Assembly (NCBI GenBank): GCA_041737295.1
Contig: JBGSSA010000076.1
Location: 1,031-65,030, forward strand
Direction: 5' to 3'
Source: Bacteroidales bacterium
Lineage (GTDB): Bacteria > Bacteroidota > Bacteroidia > Bacteroidales > UBA10428
DNA length: 64,000 bases
Under the pieces are notes generated by a model. It searched no databases and was not told the DNA's origin. It saw nothing but the letters and a program-made list of their open reading frames with translations. The position numbers and the translations under genes are program-made. Below, in pieces: positions 29,827 through 38,531 of the stretch (position 1 is its first letter; the number at the start of each line of letters is the position of its first letter).

Positions 29827-31383
29827 TTAAAGAGGTATATTCCCATGCTTTCGTGACGGAACGCTGACATGTTTGTTTTCAAGCGCCTCAAAGGCAGCGA
29901 TCAGCTTTTTACGGGTAATTGCAGGATCAATGACTTCATCAATATATCCTTTATCATCTGCCACGTATGGATTTGCAATTTCATCCCTGTAACGCGCGGT
30001 AAGTTCCTTCTTAAGCTTAGCCGGATCTCCTGATTCAAGCAATTCCTTCCTGTAAAGGATCGAAACAGCACCCTCAGGTCCCATCACAGCAATTTCAGCA
30101 CATGGCCAGGCAAAATTGAAATCCCCTCCAAGGTTCTTGCTGTTCATTACACAATAGGCTCCTCCGTAGGATTTCCGAAGAATCACCGTGATCTTTGGAA
30201 CTGTCGCATCGGCGTATGCATACAGGAGTTTGGCACCATGGCGTATGATACCGTTGTGTTCCTGATCTATACCCGGTAAAAATCCCGGAACATCTTCCAG
30301 GGTAAGGAGGGGAATATTAAAGGAATCGCAAAACCGAATGAACCGGGCTCCTTTTACAGATGAATTAATGTCAAGTACGCCAGCCAGCACCTTCGGCTGG
30401 TTGGCCAGGATCCCAATGGCTTTTCCCTGCAGCCGGCCAAATCCGACAACCAGGTTCTGGGCAAAATTTTCAGCAACCTCAAAAAAGCTATTGCGATCGA
30501 GGAGCAACCCCAGTATATCCTTTATATCATAAGGCTTATTGGGATCGTCGGGAATAATTTCCCTGATACGATCGTCAATGCGCATATCGGTGTCGCAATG
30601 TTCAATGTAGGGGGGATTTTCAAGATTATTGGATGGAAGGTAGGAAAGCAGTTTTTGAACACCCCGAAGCGTATTTTCTTCATCTTCATACAAAAAATGA
30701 GCTACTCCGCTCTTTTTCGTATGCACACCGCCACCTCCCAGGTCATCAAAAGAAACGTCCTGGTTCAGCACCTCCTTCACAACATTCGGTCCCGTGACAA
30801 ACATGTAACTTGTCTTGTTCGTCATGAAAACGAAATCGGTTATGGAAGGAGAGTAAACAGCCCCGCCGGCTGCGGGACCCATAATAACAGAAATCTGGGG
30901 GATCACCCCCGAGGAACCTACATTCCGGTTGAAAATGGCGGCATATCCTGCCAGGCTGGCAATGCCCTCCTGTATCCGTGCTCCCCCTGAATCAATGAGC
31001 CCTATAATAGGTGCCCCCATTTTCAGGGCCATATCCTGGATCTTTGCGATTTTTGCAGCATGTACCGAACCCAGTGAGCCCCCCATAACCGTAAAATCCT
31101 GCGCATAAGCAAATGCCAGTCGCCCGCTTATTCTCCCGAAACCGGTAATTACACCATCGCCAAAAGTTGTTACTTTCTTTCCAAAATCCCCTCCGGATAC
31201 CGCTGGTAACGAAAAGGCATCCATTTCTTCAAAAGAATCAGGATCAAATAGCATATCTATTCTTTCCCTTGCAGTCATCTTTCCTTTGGAATGCTGCTTT
31301 TCCCTTATCGACTCATCCTGTTGTTCTGCAAATATCCGACCCCTCTCGATAAATCGTGTGTAAAGCTTACCTTTTACATCCAT
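29827..31383 (-). CDS. acyl-CoA carboxylase carboxyltransferase (beta) subunit, PccB / methylmalonyl-CoA decarboxylase-alpha like
   Basis: Two crotonase-like halves, with TVMGGSLGSVHAAKI and RKSYGGAYCVM motifs. Confidence 0.9.
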   Translation of the reverse strand: MDVKGKLYTRFIERGRIFAEQQDESIREKQHSKGKMTARERIDMLFDPDSFEEMDAFSLPAVSGGDFGKKVTTFGDGVITGFGRISGRLAFAYAQDFTVMGGSLGSVHAAKIAKIQDMALKMGAPIIGLIDSGGARIQEGIASLAGYAAIFNRNVGSSGVIPQISVIMGPAAGGAVYSPSITDFVFMTNKTSYMFVTGPNVVKEVLNQDVSFDDLGGGGVHTKKSGVAHFLYEDEENTLRGVQKLLSYLPSNNLENPPYIEHCDTDMRIDDRIREIIPDDPNKPYDIKDILGLLLDRNSFFEVAENFAQNLVVGFGRLQGKAIGILANQPKVLAGVLDINSSVKGARFIRFCDSFNIPLLTLEDVPGFLPGIDQEHNGIIRHGAKLLYAYADATVPKITVILRKSYGGAYCVMNSKNLGGDFNFAWPCAEIAVMGPEGAVSILYRKELLESGDPAKLKKELTARYRDEIANPYVADDKGYIDEVIDPAITRKKLIAAFEALENKHVSVPSRKHGNIPL

Positions 31384-31511
31384 GCAAGGTGTATTAAGTT
31401 ATTTCTATCCATAAATGCCTGCTGGTAAAATTCTGCAACACTATTACGGATTTGAAAAATAAATTCAAGCGAGCAAAGTTAACAATAATTCAATAATACA
31501 AATAGAACTTC

Positions 31512-31886
31512 TTAGCCTTGCTCTTCCTGTGTTATATGCAAAACATCACCGATGGCCTGCCTGAAAGTTTCCTTGGGTAAGGCTCCTGTTGCCATCTGGG
31601 GCTGTTCATTTACAGGAACAAATAATAAACTGGGAATACTTCGAACTCCAAACAGGGCGGATAATTCCTGCTCTTCTTCCGTATCAATTTTATATATCTC
31701 TATCTTATCTCCGTATTCATCCTTTAATTCTTCCAGTATGGGGGCTACCATCTTGCACGGACCACACCAGTCAGCATAAAAATCAATAATGGCCGGCTTC
31801 GTTCCTTCATATTTCCAAACCTTGTTTGTCTCAAAATTGAAAACCTTCTCCTTGAAAGTTTCCTTGGTTAAATGCTCTAATTTCAT
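31512..31886 (-). CDS. trxA: thioredoxin
   Basis: Active site WCGPCK within a ~110 aa Trx fold. Confidence 0.9.
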   Translation of the reverse strand: MKLEHLTKETFKEKVFNFETNKVWKYEGTKPAIIDFYADWCGPCKMVAPILEELKDEYGDKIEIYKIDTEEEQELSALFGVRSIPSLLFVPVNEQPQMATGALPKETFRQAIGDVLHITQEEQG

Positions 31887-32156
31887 TGAATAGTTGTTTT
31901 ATTTTCCCTTGCAATCACAATTATCATACCGTCATATGTACATATCTTCATTTATGATTATATACCATGGATTTGCCAATCAGGCTGTCATCTTGTCAGC
32001 CACTTAAATCAGAACGGACTAATCATAAACACGGCCCATCTATTTAAGTTTTTTGTACAGAATGATTTTCTTTCCGTTGCCTGTCATTTAACTGCTGGTC
32101 ATGCCTTTAAAATCCGGAAAATCCGTTGAACCTGTTAAAATTTAAATGGCAATGCC

Positions 32157-32534
32157 CTAATTGGCTAATTCAGCGTATTTCTGGAAGATGAAATTGAAAT
32201 TGGGAAGAAGTTCCTGGTATATTTCTCCCGATTCAAGCATCTCTTCATCCCCTTCTTCATACATCCATTTGACATTGGCGGCTTTAACATGAGGATTTTT
32301 CTCAATTAATTTGAATAAATCCAACAGTTGCTTTGAAACGCTTGTATTAAAATAATCCAGATTACATTCAAGATTTACAATTTCCCCGGTATATCCGTTA
32401 ATCCACTCAAACAAGGGCAGGAAAAACCTTACAGCATCTTCCGGCAATGCCCTCCCTGAAATTTTCAGTTCCCCTGTATTCAGGAAACTAATGGCCGGAA
32501 GCGAATCTGTTTTATTTAAAATCAAATCATTCAT
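32157..32534 (-). CDS. DUF1987 (SiaC-like) domain protein
   Basis: 125 aa. LPAISFLNTGELKISGRALPEDAVRFFLPLFEWINGY and DYFNTSVSKQLLDLFKLIE match my recollection of the DUF1987 family. Confidence 0.6.
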   Translation of the reverse strand: MNDLILNKTDSLPAISFLNTGELKISGRALPEDAVRFFLPLFEWINGYTGEIVNLECNLDYFNTSVSKQLLDLFKLIEKNPHVKAANVKWMYEEGDEEMLESGEIYQELLPNFNFIFQKYAELAN

Positions 32535-32666
32535 AGGTAGGTTGGCTAGAAAAACTGATGAATAAAATTACCTGAATGTACATAAAAACTCCATAATCTA
32601 AAGTAAAAACCCCCCTAAATTTTACAAATTAAAGATATTCAAATTCAGCCCTACAGTTCCGGTGAA

Positions 32667-33638
32667 TCAGCATTTTTTCCGGTCGAGTTCATTCCACACC
32701 AGAGCACCTGCGCCAAGTACACCCGCATTCATGTCGGGCAGGCTTGAAAGAAGGATTTTTACCTTGTTCCTGAAAACAGGAAGCAGGGCTTCTTCCATAT
32801 ATTTTTTTGTCGGGTTAATGATCAATTCTCTTGAATTGGCCAGGCCACCCAGCAGGAAGATGGCTTCAGGACTTGTATGCGCGACGGTATCGGCCAGTTT
32901 GGATCCAAGGATCATGCCCGTATATTCGAAAGCTTCGATAGCGATCTTATCATCCCGCTGTGCCGCCTCGCTGATCATCTTAGCAGTGAGATCATTAAAA
33001 CTCACTTTTCTAAGCTCACTTTCAATCATGCGCTCAGCCAACAAACTGAATATGGTCCGGCGAATACCGGAGGCCGAGGCATAGGCTTCCAGGCATCCTT
33101 TCCGCCCGCATGCACAATCACGTCCCCCTGGCAGGGCAATGATATGGCCAAGTTCACCGGCCAATCCGTCATGTCCGTAAACAAGATTTCCGCCCGCCAC
33201 AATTCCGCTACCCAACCCTGTGCCCAGGGTTATCACCACAAAATCTTTTATGTTTTTTGCCCCGCCAAACACCATTTCCCCGATAGCTGCGGCATTTGCA
33301 TCATTGGTAAGGGCAATCGGCAGACCGGGATAGTATTTTTTCATTTTCTCCACTACCGGTATTGTACCCCGCCAATTCAGATTTACTGCATTTTCAATAG
33401 ATCCGGCATAATAATTACCGTTCGGTGCACCGATTCCAACACCCAATATGCTGATCTGGCCTTTCAGAATTTGCATGGAACCCTCAATGGCAACATGCAG
33501 GTCCCTTAGATAATCGTCAAATATATTATGTATGCTTGTATTTGTAAAACTTTCAGCCAGACAGTTCCCCTCTCTGTCTACAATTCCGTACTTTGTAAAC
33601 GTACCCCCAATGTCAATTCCAATAACTGCTTCCTTCAT
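32667..33638 (-). CDS. ROK family sugar kinase (glucokinase-like)
   Basis: IGIDIGGT phosphate-1 motif, ROK zinc motif CACGRKGCLEAYAS, and GHDGLAGELGH. Confidence 0.85.
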   Translation of the reverse strand: MKEAVIGIDIGGTFTKYGIVDREGNCLAESFTNTSIHNIFDDYLRDLHVAIEGSMQILKGQISILGVGIGAPNGNYYAGSIENAVNLNWRGTIPVVEKMKKYYPGLPIALTNDANAAAIGEMVFGGAKNIKDFVVITLGTGLGSGIVAGGNLVYGHDGLAGELGHIIALPGGRDCACGRKGCLEAYASASGIRRTIFSLLAERMIESELRKVSFNDLTAKMISEAAQRDDKIAIEAFEYTGMILGSKLADTVAHTSPEAIFLLGGLANSRELIINPTKKYMEEALLPVFRNKVKILLSSLPDMNAGVLGAGALVWNELDRKKC

Positions 33639-33780
33639 ATTCTGTCATTTACGTGATCCATCCGCTAAAAATAGTATAATTTTAATATAATCCCCTGCCG
33701 GCTGTGGTTTATTTGGTTTGATGAAGAAACAGTACAACAAAAGCATATATCTTACCGTATATATATAAAATTGAGCCCCC

Positions 33781-34632
33781 ATGAAAAATTTTATAGTGCC
33801 GGTTGATTTTTCAGCTGAATCCCTCAATGGTTTGAAAATGGCCATTTTGTTCTCACAGAAAACAACGGTCAATATTCAAATGATTTATGTATTGCCAAAA
33901 GCTACCGAAGATGACCAGGCTGCTATGGAGGCAGAAACAAATACAGCGGAAGCCGCGTTCAAAAAAATCATACAGGATTTCTCTCCCCTGATTGGCAATG
34001 ATTCAACCCTGAATTATCTTATTAACAAGGGACGAATTTACCAGGAGGTGGTCAACCAGGCTGAGAGTTTACCCGATTCCATAATCAGCGCTTCAACACA
34101 CGGAGCGTCTGGTTTCCAGGAATTGTTCATCGGCAGCAATGCATTCCGTATCATTTCAGCAACTGAAAAACCGGTGATCACATTGCGGAAAAACAGCTGT
34201 CCTGAAACGATCGGGAAAATAGTACTCCCCATTGACCTTTCCGTTGATTCACGTCAAAAGGTTCCCTTTACGCTCGAACTTGCAAGGCTTTTCAATGCCG
34301 AAGTACACGTGGTGGGAATTCATACAATGAGAGGTCTTGGAAACAAACGGAAAATCCGTTCCTATATAAGCCAGGTGGCCTCATATATTGAAGATAAGGT
34401 GCCCTGCGTAACGAGTGAAGTTTTCGGTGATAATGTGGTTGAACTTGTCAATAATTATGCCCATGCCATAAAGGCGGACCTTATATCCATAACTACGGAA
34501 AGGCCTTCGGGGATAAGTCTTATTATAGGAAATACGGTGCATCAGATACTGAACAAGGCCGAAATACCGGTATTATGCCTGACACCCAAGAACCTCCGGA
34601 AATCAGGCTCTTTTGCAACTACCGGCGGTTAA
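33781..34632 (+). CDS. tandem universal stress protein (UspA) family protein
   Basis: Two Usp halves, IVPVDFSAESLNGL... and IVLPIDLSVDSRQK..., with SASTHGASG glycine-rich loops. Confidence 0.8.
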   Translation: MKNFIVPVDFSAESLNGLKMAILFSQKTTVNIQMIYVLPKATEDDQAAMEAETNTAEAAFKKIIQDFSPLIGNDSTLNYLINKGRIYQEVVNQAESLPDSIISASTHGASGFQELFIGSNAFRIISATEKPVITLRKNSCPETIGKIVLPIDLSVDSRQKVPFTLELARLFNAEVHVVGIHTMRGLGNKRKIRSYISQVASYIEDKVPCVTSEVFGDNVVELVNNYAHAIKADLISITTERPSGISLIIGNTVHQILNKAEIPVLCLTPKNLRKSGSFATTGG

Positions 34633-37057
34633 AGCGAAGCCATTTCCGGATTTTCCCCGAGAACCTTCGTACTACCGGCGCCTCCTCGTCATAGTATCCG
34701 TGTTCATAACCATATCCATAGCCATAACCGTATCCATAGCCGTATCCATACCGGTATGAATACCCGTAATATCCCTTTGAATGAACGTCATTTACAAGGA
34801 GGGCCATGTTTTTGAGCCCTCTTTTTGTATACAATTCCTCAACAAGCTGCAATACCTGTTTGCTTGAATATCCGTGCCGGATAACAAACACATGGATGTC
34901 CACCATGTCTTTCAGCAACAGGGCATCGGTAACTATGGCAATCGGAGGCGTATCTATGATGAGATAATCATATACACCCTTCAGGTGCTGGATAAAATCC
35001 ATCATTCTCGACGATTCGATCAGTTCCGCCGGATTGGGAGGTACGGGGCCGCTTACAGCCACCGACAGGTTATCAATATTGGTTGGATAAATGATCTTAT
35101 CAAGAGGTGACATACCGGCCAGGTAGGAACTGATCCCCACTGAATTATCTATCCGGAAAAGTTTATGGATTTTTGGTTTTCTTAGGTCCAGACTGACAAG
35201 CAGTGTTTTTTTCCCGGCCATAGCCAGGATGGCGGCAAGATTGGCAGAGCAAAATGTTTTCCCCTCCCCGCTGATTGTAGAAGAAATGGAAATGATCTTA
35301 TGGGTTTCATTTTTCAGCAGATACTGAAGATTTGCCCGCAGGGATCGAAATGACTCAGCCAGTGCAGATTTGGGATTTTCAAACACGGGCAGTTCAAACA
35401 GTTTTTCATTGTGCCCGACCGAACCCAGGATGGGAACGGAAGTCAACTGCTCTATGTCTTTCCGGTCAACAATTTTATTGTTAAAATATTCTATGAGGAT
35501 CAGCAGCATGAGGGGCAGCAATCCACCCAATACCAGCGCCATCATGTAGTTCATCGAGGTCTTCGGCTTGATCATCACCGCATTTTCGGGCCGGGCAATG
35601 TCGAGCAACCGATGGTCGGGGGTGTTGGATGCTTTTGTAATCCCTGCTTCGGCGCGTTTCTGCAACAGGAAGGTATAGATCTGGTCGTTGATATTAAATT
35701 CCCGCTGAATGTTGATGAGCTGGCGTTCGGTAAACGGAAGCTTCTGGATTTCCTGTTCCAGCAGCGATATACGCTTCGCCAGGAAGGATTCGGAAATCTC
35801 ATTGGAGGCAATCAGGTTATTGACATTTTCCTGGATATCCATCCTGACATTTTCAAGCTGTGAATTGATCATATTCAGCTTGGGATTACTCTCGTTCGAG
35901 CTGAACAGCAGGCTGCGCCTTTCCGTGATCAATTCATTGACCTGCACAATCAACGCGTTCAGTAACGCATCCTGGATACCCATAACCGATGGTGCAATGA
36001 TCTCAATATTATCCTTTTTTGTTTCAATATATTTTTTGATGTAATCAAAGTAGCTGGTTTTGATATCAATTTCAGCTTTTTCGGTGTTCAGGGCTTCCAT
36101 CTGCTGGAATAAGGCATTCCCTTCCTGGCTGATGTTGATGATACGGTTTGCCGATCTGAAATTTTGGAGCCTCACTCCGGCCCTTTGAAGTGAATCGATA
36201 ATTTCATGCAGCTGATCATCAATAAAGCGAATTGAATTGGAAGAGGTTATGTTCTTCTCGTCGAGATTGCTTTCTATATAAACCGAAGTCAGCTTATTCA
36301 GGTAATCGCAGATCTGCTCTTTATTTGGCCCGGTTAAGGATAGCGTGAGAATCGAACCCTTCTCGTCATTCACTTCCACGTTAATTCCGCTCCGGTACCT
36401 GTTTACAAGGCTGTTAATGTCGTGCATGATGAAATAATACTTCAGGGGATACCCGGTCAGATTCTTCAGGCTTTCAGGATTCCTGGGCAACAACATGAAA
36501 TTAAAACTTTCATGGTTGAATTTTTGCCCGAAATACAGGACCGCCGAAATGTTGTATTTATCATCAATCGTCAACCTGTATGTGGAAGGCGACAGTATTG
36601 TTATATTAACCGGGTAATTTAACTGGTTGGGTTTTGCGGTGTCAGCAACAACATAAAAAGGGGAGCCGTTATAAAGCTTGGATTCAGCTATTCCACGCCG
36701 CCCTACTGCTGTATATGAAATATTGAAATTCAGGTTCATAATGGCAGCATACGACATTTTGTACGATTTGAGAACGGTGATCTCATTTTGTACCACCGCC
36801 TTTGTGCGCCTGTTGCGGATGTTTGTCATATCTTCAATGATACTTTCCACATCACCGCGCTGAGTATTTTCATTCGCGATGATTAGCGTACAACTGGCTC
36901 TGAAAATGTCCTCGGAATAGCGATTTACGAGATATGCCACGGTAAGGGCAAGGAAGACAGACAATGCGAACCACCACCAATTATAAAGAATCCGATAGAG
37001 ATACTTTTTTATGTCAATACTTTCCTCTTCCCTGTAAATTTCAGGATATTGATCCAT
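34619..37057 (-). CDS. polysaccharide co-polymerase / tyrosine autokinase (Wzc/GumC-type, PCP-2a-like)
   Basis: Wzz-like N-domain between two TM segments. Walker A SGEGKTFCSANLA, Walker A' LIIDTPP. C-terminal Tyr cluster GYYGYSYRYGYGYGYGYGYGYGYEHGYY. Confidence 0.9.
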   Translation of the reverse strand: MDQYPEIYREEESIDIKKYLYRILYNWWWFALSVFLALTVAYLVNRYSEDIFRASCTLIIANENTQRGDVESIIEDMTNIRNRRTKAVVQNEITVLKSYKMSYAAIMNLNFNISYTAVGRRGIAESKLYNGSPFYVVADTAKPNQLNYPVNITILSPSTYRLTIDDKYNISAVLYFGQKFNHESFNFMLLPRNPESLKNLTGYPLKYYFIMHDINSLVNRYRSGINVEVNDEKGSILTLSLTGPNKEQICDYLNKLTSVYIESNLDEKNITSSNSIRFIDDQLHEIIDSLQRAGVRLQNFRSANRIINISQEGNALFQQMEALNTEKAEIDIKTSYFDYIKKYIETKKDNIEIIAPSVMGIQDALLNALIVQVNELITERRSLLFSSNESNPKLNMINSQLENVRMDIQENVNNLIASNEISESFLAKRISLLEQEIQKLPFTERQLINIQREFNINDQIYTFLLQKRAEAGITKASNTPDHRLLDIARPENAVMIKPKTSMNYMMALVLGGLLPLMLLILIEYFNNKIVDRKDIEQLTSVPILGSVGHNEKLFELPVFENPKSALAESFRSLRANLQYLLKNETHKIISISSTISGEGKTFCSANLAAILAMAGKKTLLVSLDLRKPKIHKLFRIDNSVGISSYLAGMSPLDKIIYPTNIDNLSVAVSGPVPPNPAELIESSRMMDFIQHLKGVYDYLIIDTPPIAIVTDALLLKDMVDIHVFVIRHGYSSKQVLQLVEELYTKRGLKNMALLVNDVHSKGYYGYSYRYGYGYGYGYGYGYGYEHGYYDEEAPVVRRFSGKIRKWLRFNRR
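34688..34775 (-). repeat. coding (GY)n repeat, the tyrosine cluster of Wzc
   Basis: Plus strand reads ...ataaccatatccatagccataaccgtatccatagccgtatccataccggta..., encoding YGYGYGYGYGYGYGY on the minus strand. Confidence 0.9.
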
Positions 37058-37105
37058 TCGTTAATAGCTGAATATGATAACCGTAAAGATAACTAAATAA
37101 TATCC

Positions 37106-37113
37106 TATATTTG
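37106..37113 (+). promoter_or_regulatory. -7 box (TAnnTTTG) upstream of the Sir2-family gene
   Basis: TATATTTG, 20 nt before the ATG at 37134. Confidence 0.4.
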
Positions 37114-37133
37114 TTTTAGCAATCAATTTATGC

Positions 37134-37826
37134 ATGAAAAAGCTTGTTGTACTAACGGGTTCAGGCATTAGTTCGGAAAGCGGACTTAAAACGTTCAGAG
37201 ACTCAGGCGGTCTGTGGGAAAATTATGATGTGATGGAAGTAGCCAGCCTGTCCGGTTGGGAAAAGAACAGGGAAATCGTGCTGCAATTTTATAATGAACG
37301 GAGGGCCCAGCTTAAGGATGCCATGCCAAATGCCGGCCATCACGGGTTGGTGGAACTTGAAAAATACTTCGATGTACATATTATCACACAAAATGTGGAT
37401 AATCTGCACGAACGTGCCGGGAGCGCCAGTGTGCTTCATTTACATGGCATACTTACCCGGGCCAAAAGCACGGGTGATCCGTCCCTGACCTATGACATAG
37501 GATACAAACCCATTCACTTTGGTGATATGTGCGAACGGGGCTTTCAACTGCGCCCGGATATAGTATGGTTTGGTGAGGCGGTTCCTGCTATTGAGGAGGC
37601 GGCAACGCTTGTTTCCACAGCCGATATATTCGTTGTTATCGGCACGTCCATGGTTGTATATCCGGCGGCAGGACTCATCGATTATGTTTCCAATAACACC
37701 CCTGTTTTTCTGATTGATCCCAATGAAGTAGCGGCACCCATCTACAGGCATATCCATTTTATTAAAGAAAAGGCAGGAAAAGGTGTAAAATTGCTTAAGG
37801 CGAAATTAATGGCGGAATACCTGTAA
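37134..37826 (+). CDS. Sir2-family NAD-dependent protein deacylase (CobB-like)
   Basis: GSGISSESGLKTFR, QNVDNLHERAG and catalytic LHLHG. 230 aa, stand-alone. Confidence 0.85.
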   Translation: MKKLVVLTGSGISSESGLKTFRDSGGLWENYDVMEVASLSGWEKNREIVLQFYNERRAQLKDAMPNAGHHGLVELEKYFDVHIITQNVDNLHERAGSASVLHLHGILTRAKSTGDPSLTYDIGYKPIHFGDMCERGFQLRPDIVWFGEAVPAIEEAATLVSTADIFVVIGTSMVVYPAAGLIDYVSNNTPVFLIDPNEVAAPIYRHIHFIKEKAGKGVKLLKAKLMAEYL

Positions 37827-37837
37827 ACCGGAAAAAG

Positions 37838-38467
37838 ATGAAACCCTGGTTCTTATTGCTGGTACTATTATTCGGCGCAATAGGGCATGTCAACGCGCAA
37901 CTATTCCACGGCGGAGTGCTGGCAGGATTTACCGCAACACAGGTGGACGGTGATACTTACGGGGGTTACAATAAACCCGGGTTTCAGGGCGGTGTATTCG
38001 TGAATGCCGCCTTGTCGGACCTGTTTAATGCCCAGCTGGAAATCAAATATACCGGCAAGGGTGCAAAAAAGCCTGTTAATTCAATCGATCCCGGGGTCTA
38101 TACCCTCACGCTTCATTACATCGATATTCCACTGCTGGCCAGTGTGAAGGTGAAAAAAATCGGCTCGGTGGAACTCGGGCTGGTTCCGGCATACCTGTTT
38201 TCAGCACAAGGTGAGGATAACGGAGGTAGTTTCCCTTCAGAATACCTGGTGACTTTCAACAAGTTTGATATTTCTTCCCTTATCGGAATCAATATCAACC
38301 TGTTTCCAAAACTATGGATGAATCTGCGGTATACCTATTCCCTCACATCCATCCGGGAAGAAGAGTATCCGAACGGATACTATACCTGGTTCGGAAAATT
38401 GTTCGGACAGAAAACGGGTCAGTATAATAACTGCCTGATGATGGGTATATACTACCAGCTCAAGTGA
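37838..38467 (+). CDS. small outer-membrane beta-barrel protein (porin/PorT-like family)
   Basis: Signal peptide MKPWFLLLVLLFGAIGHVNAQ, alternating amphipathic beta strands, and an aromatic-rich C-terminal segment MGIYYQLK. Confidence 0.6.
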   Translation: MKPWFLLLVLLFGAIGHVNAQLFHGGVLAGFTATQVDGDTYGGYNKPGFQGGVFVNAALSDLFNAQLEIKYTGKGAKKPVNSIDPGVYTLTLHYIDIPLLASVKVKKIGSVELGLVPAYLFSAQGEDNGGSFPSEYLVTFNKFDISSLIGININLFPKLWMNLRYTYSLTSIREEEYPNGYYTWFGKLFGQKTGQYNNCLMMGIYYQLK

Positions 38468-38476
38468 GAAGGATCT

Positions 38477-38505
38477 GTAGAGACGGGTTTCAAACCCGTC
38501 TCTAC
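38477..38505. terminator. perfect inverted repeat between convergent genes, probable bidirectional terminator
   Basis: GTAGAGACGGGTTTCAAACCCGTCTCTAC (11-14 bp stem). Lies between the stop of the OMP gene (38467) and the stop of the Gate-domain gene (38532). Confidence 0.6.
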
Positions 38506-38531
38506 ACTAACCATCCCCGGAGAACAATATA

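Noticed and set aside
32662-33509. Two long plus-strand ORFs (140 and 210 aa) opposite the ROK kinase gene
   Set aside because: They are antisense to a gene with unambiguous ROK motifs. Their translations are low-complexity Ser/Arg/Pro-rich.
33645-33872. 75-aa minus-strand ORF in the ROK/Usp divergent spacer
   Set aside because: It overlaps the start of the well-supported Usp gene and the AT-rich promoter region, and it has no motifs.
37134-37826. Sir2 domain as part of a Thoeris/DSR/SIR2-HerA type defence system
   Set aside because: It is a 230-aa stand-alone CobB-like deacylase with intact deacylase motifs, no fused sensor or effector domain, and no ThsB/HerA-like neighbour.
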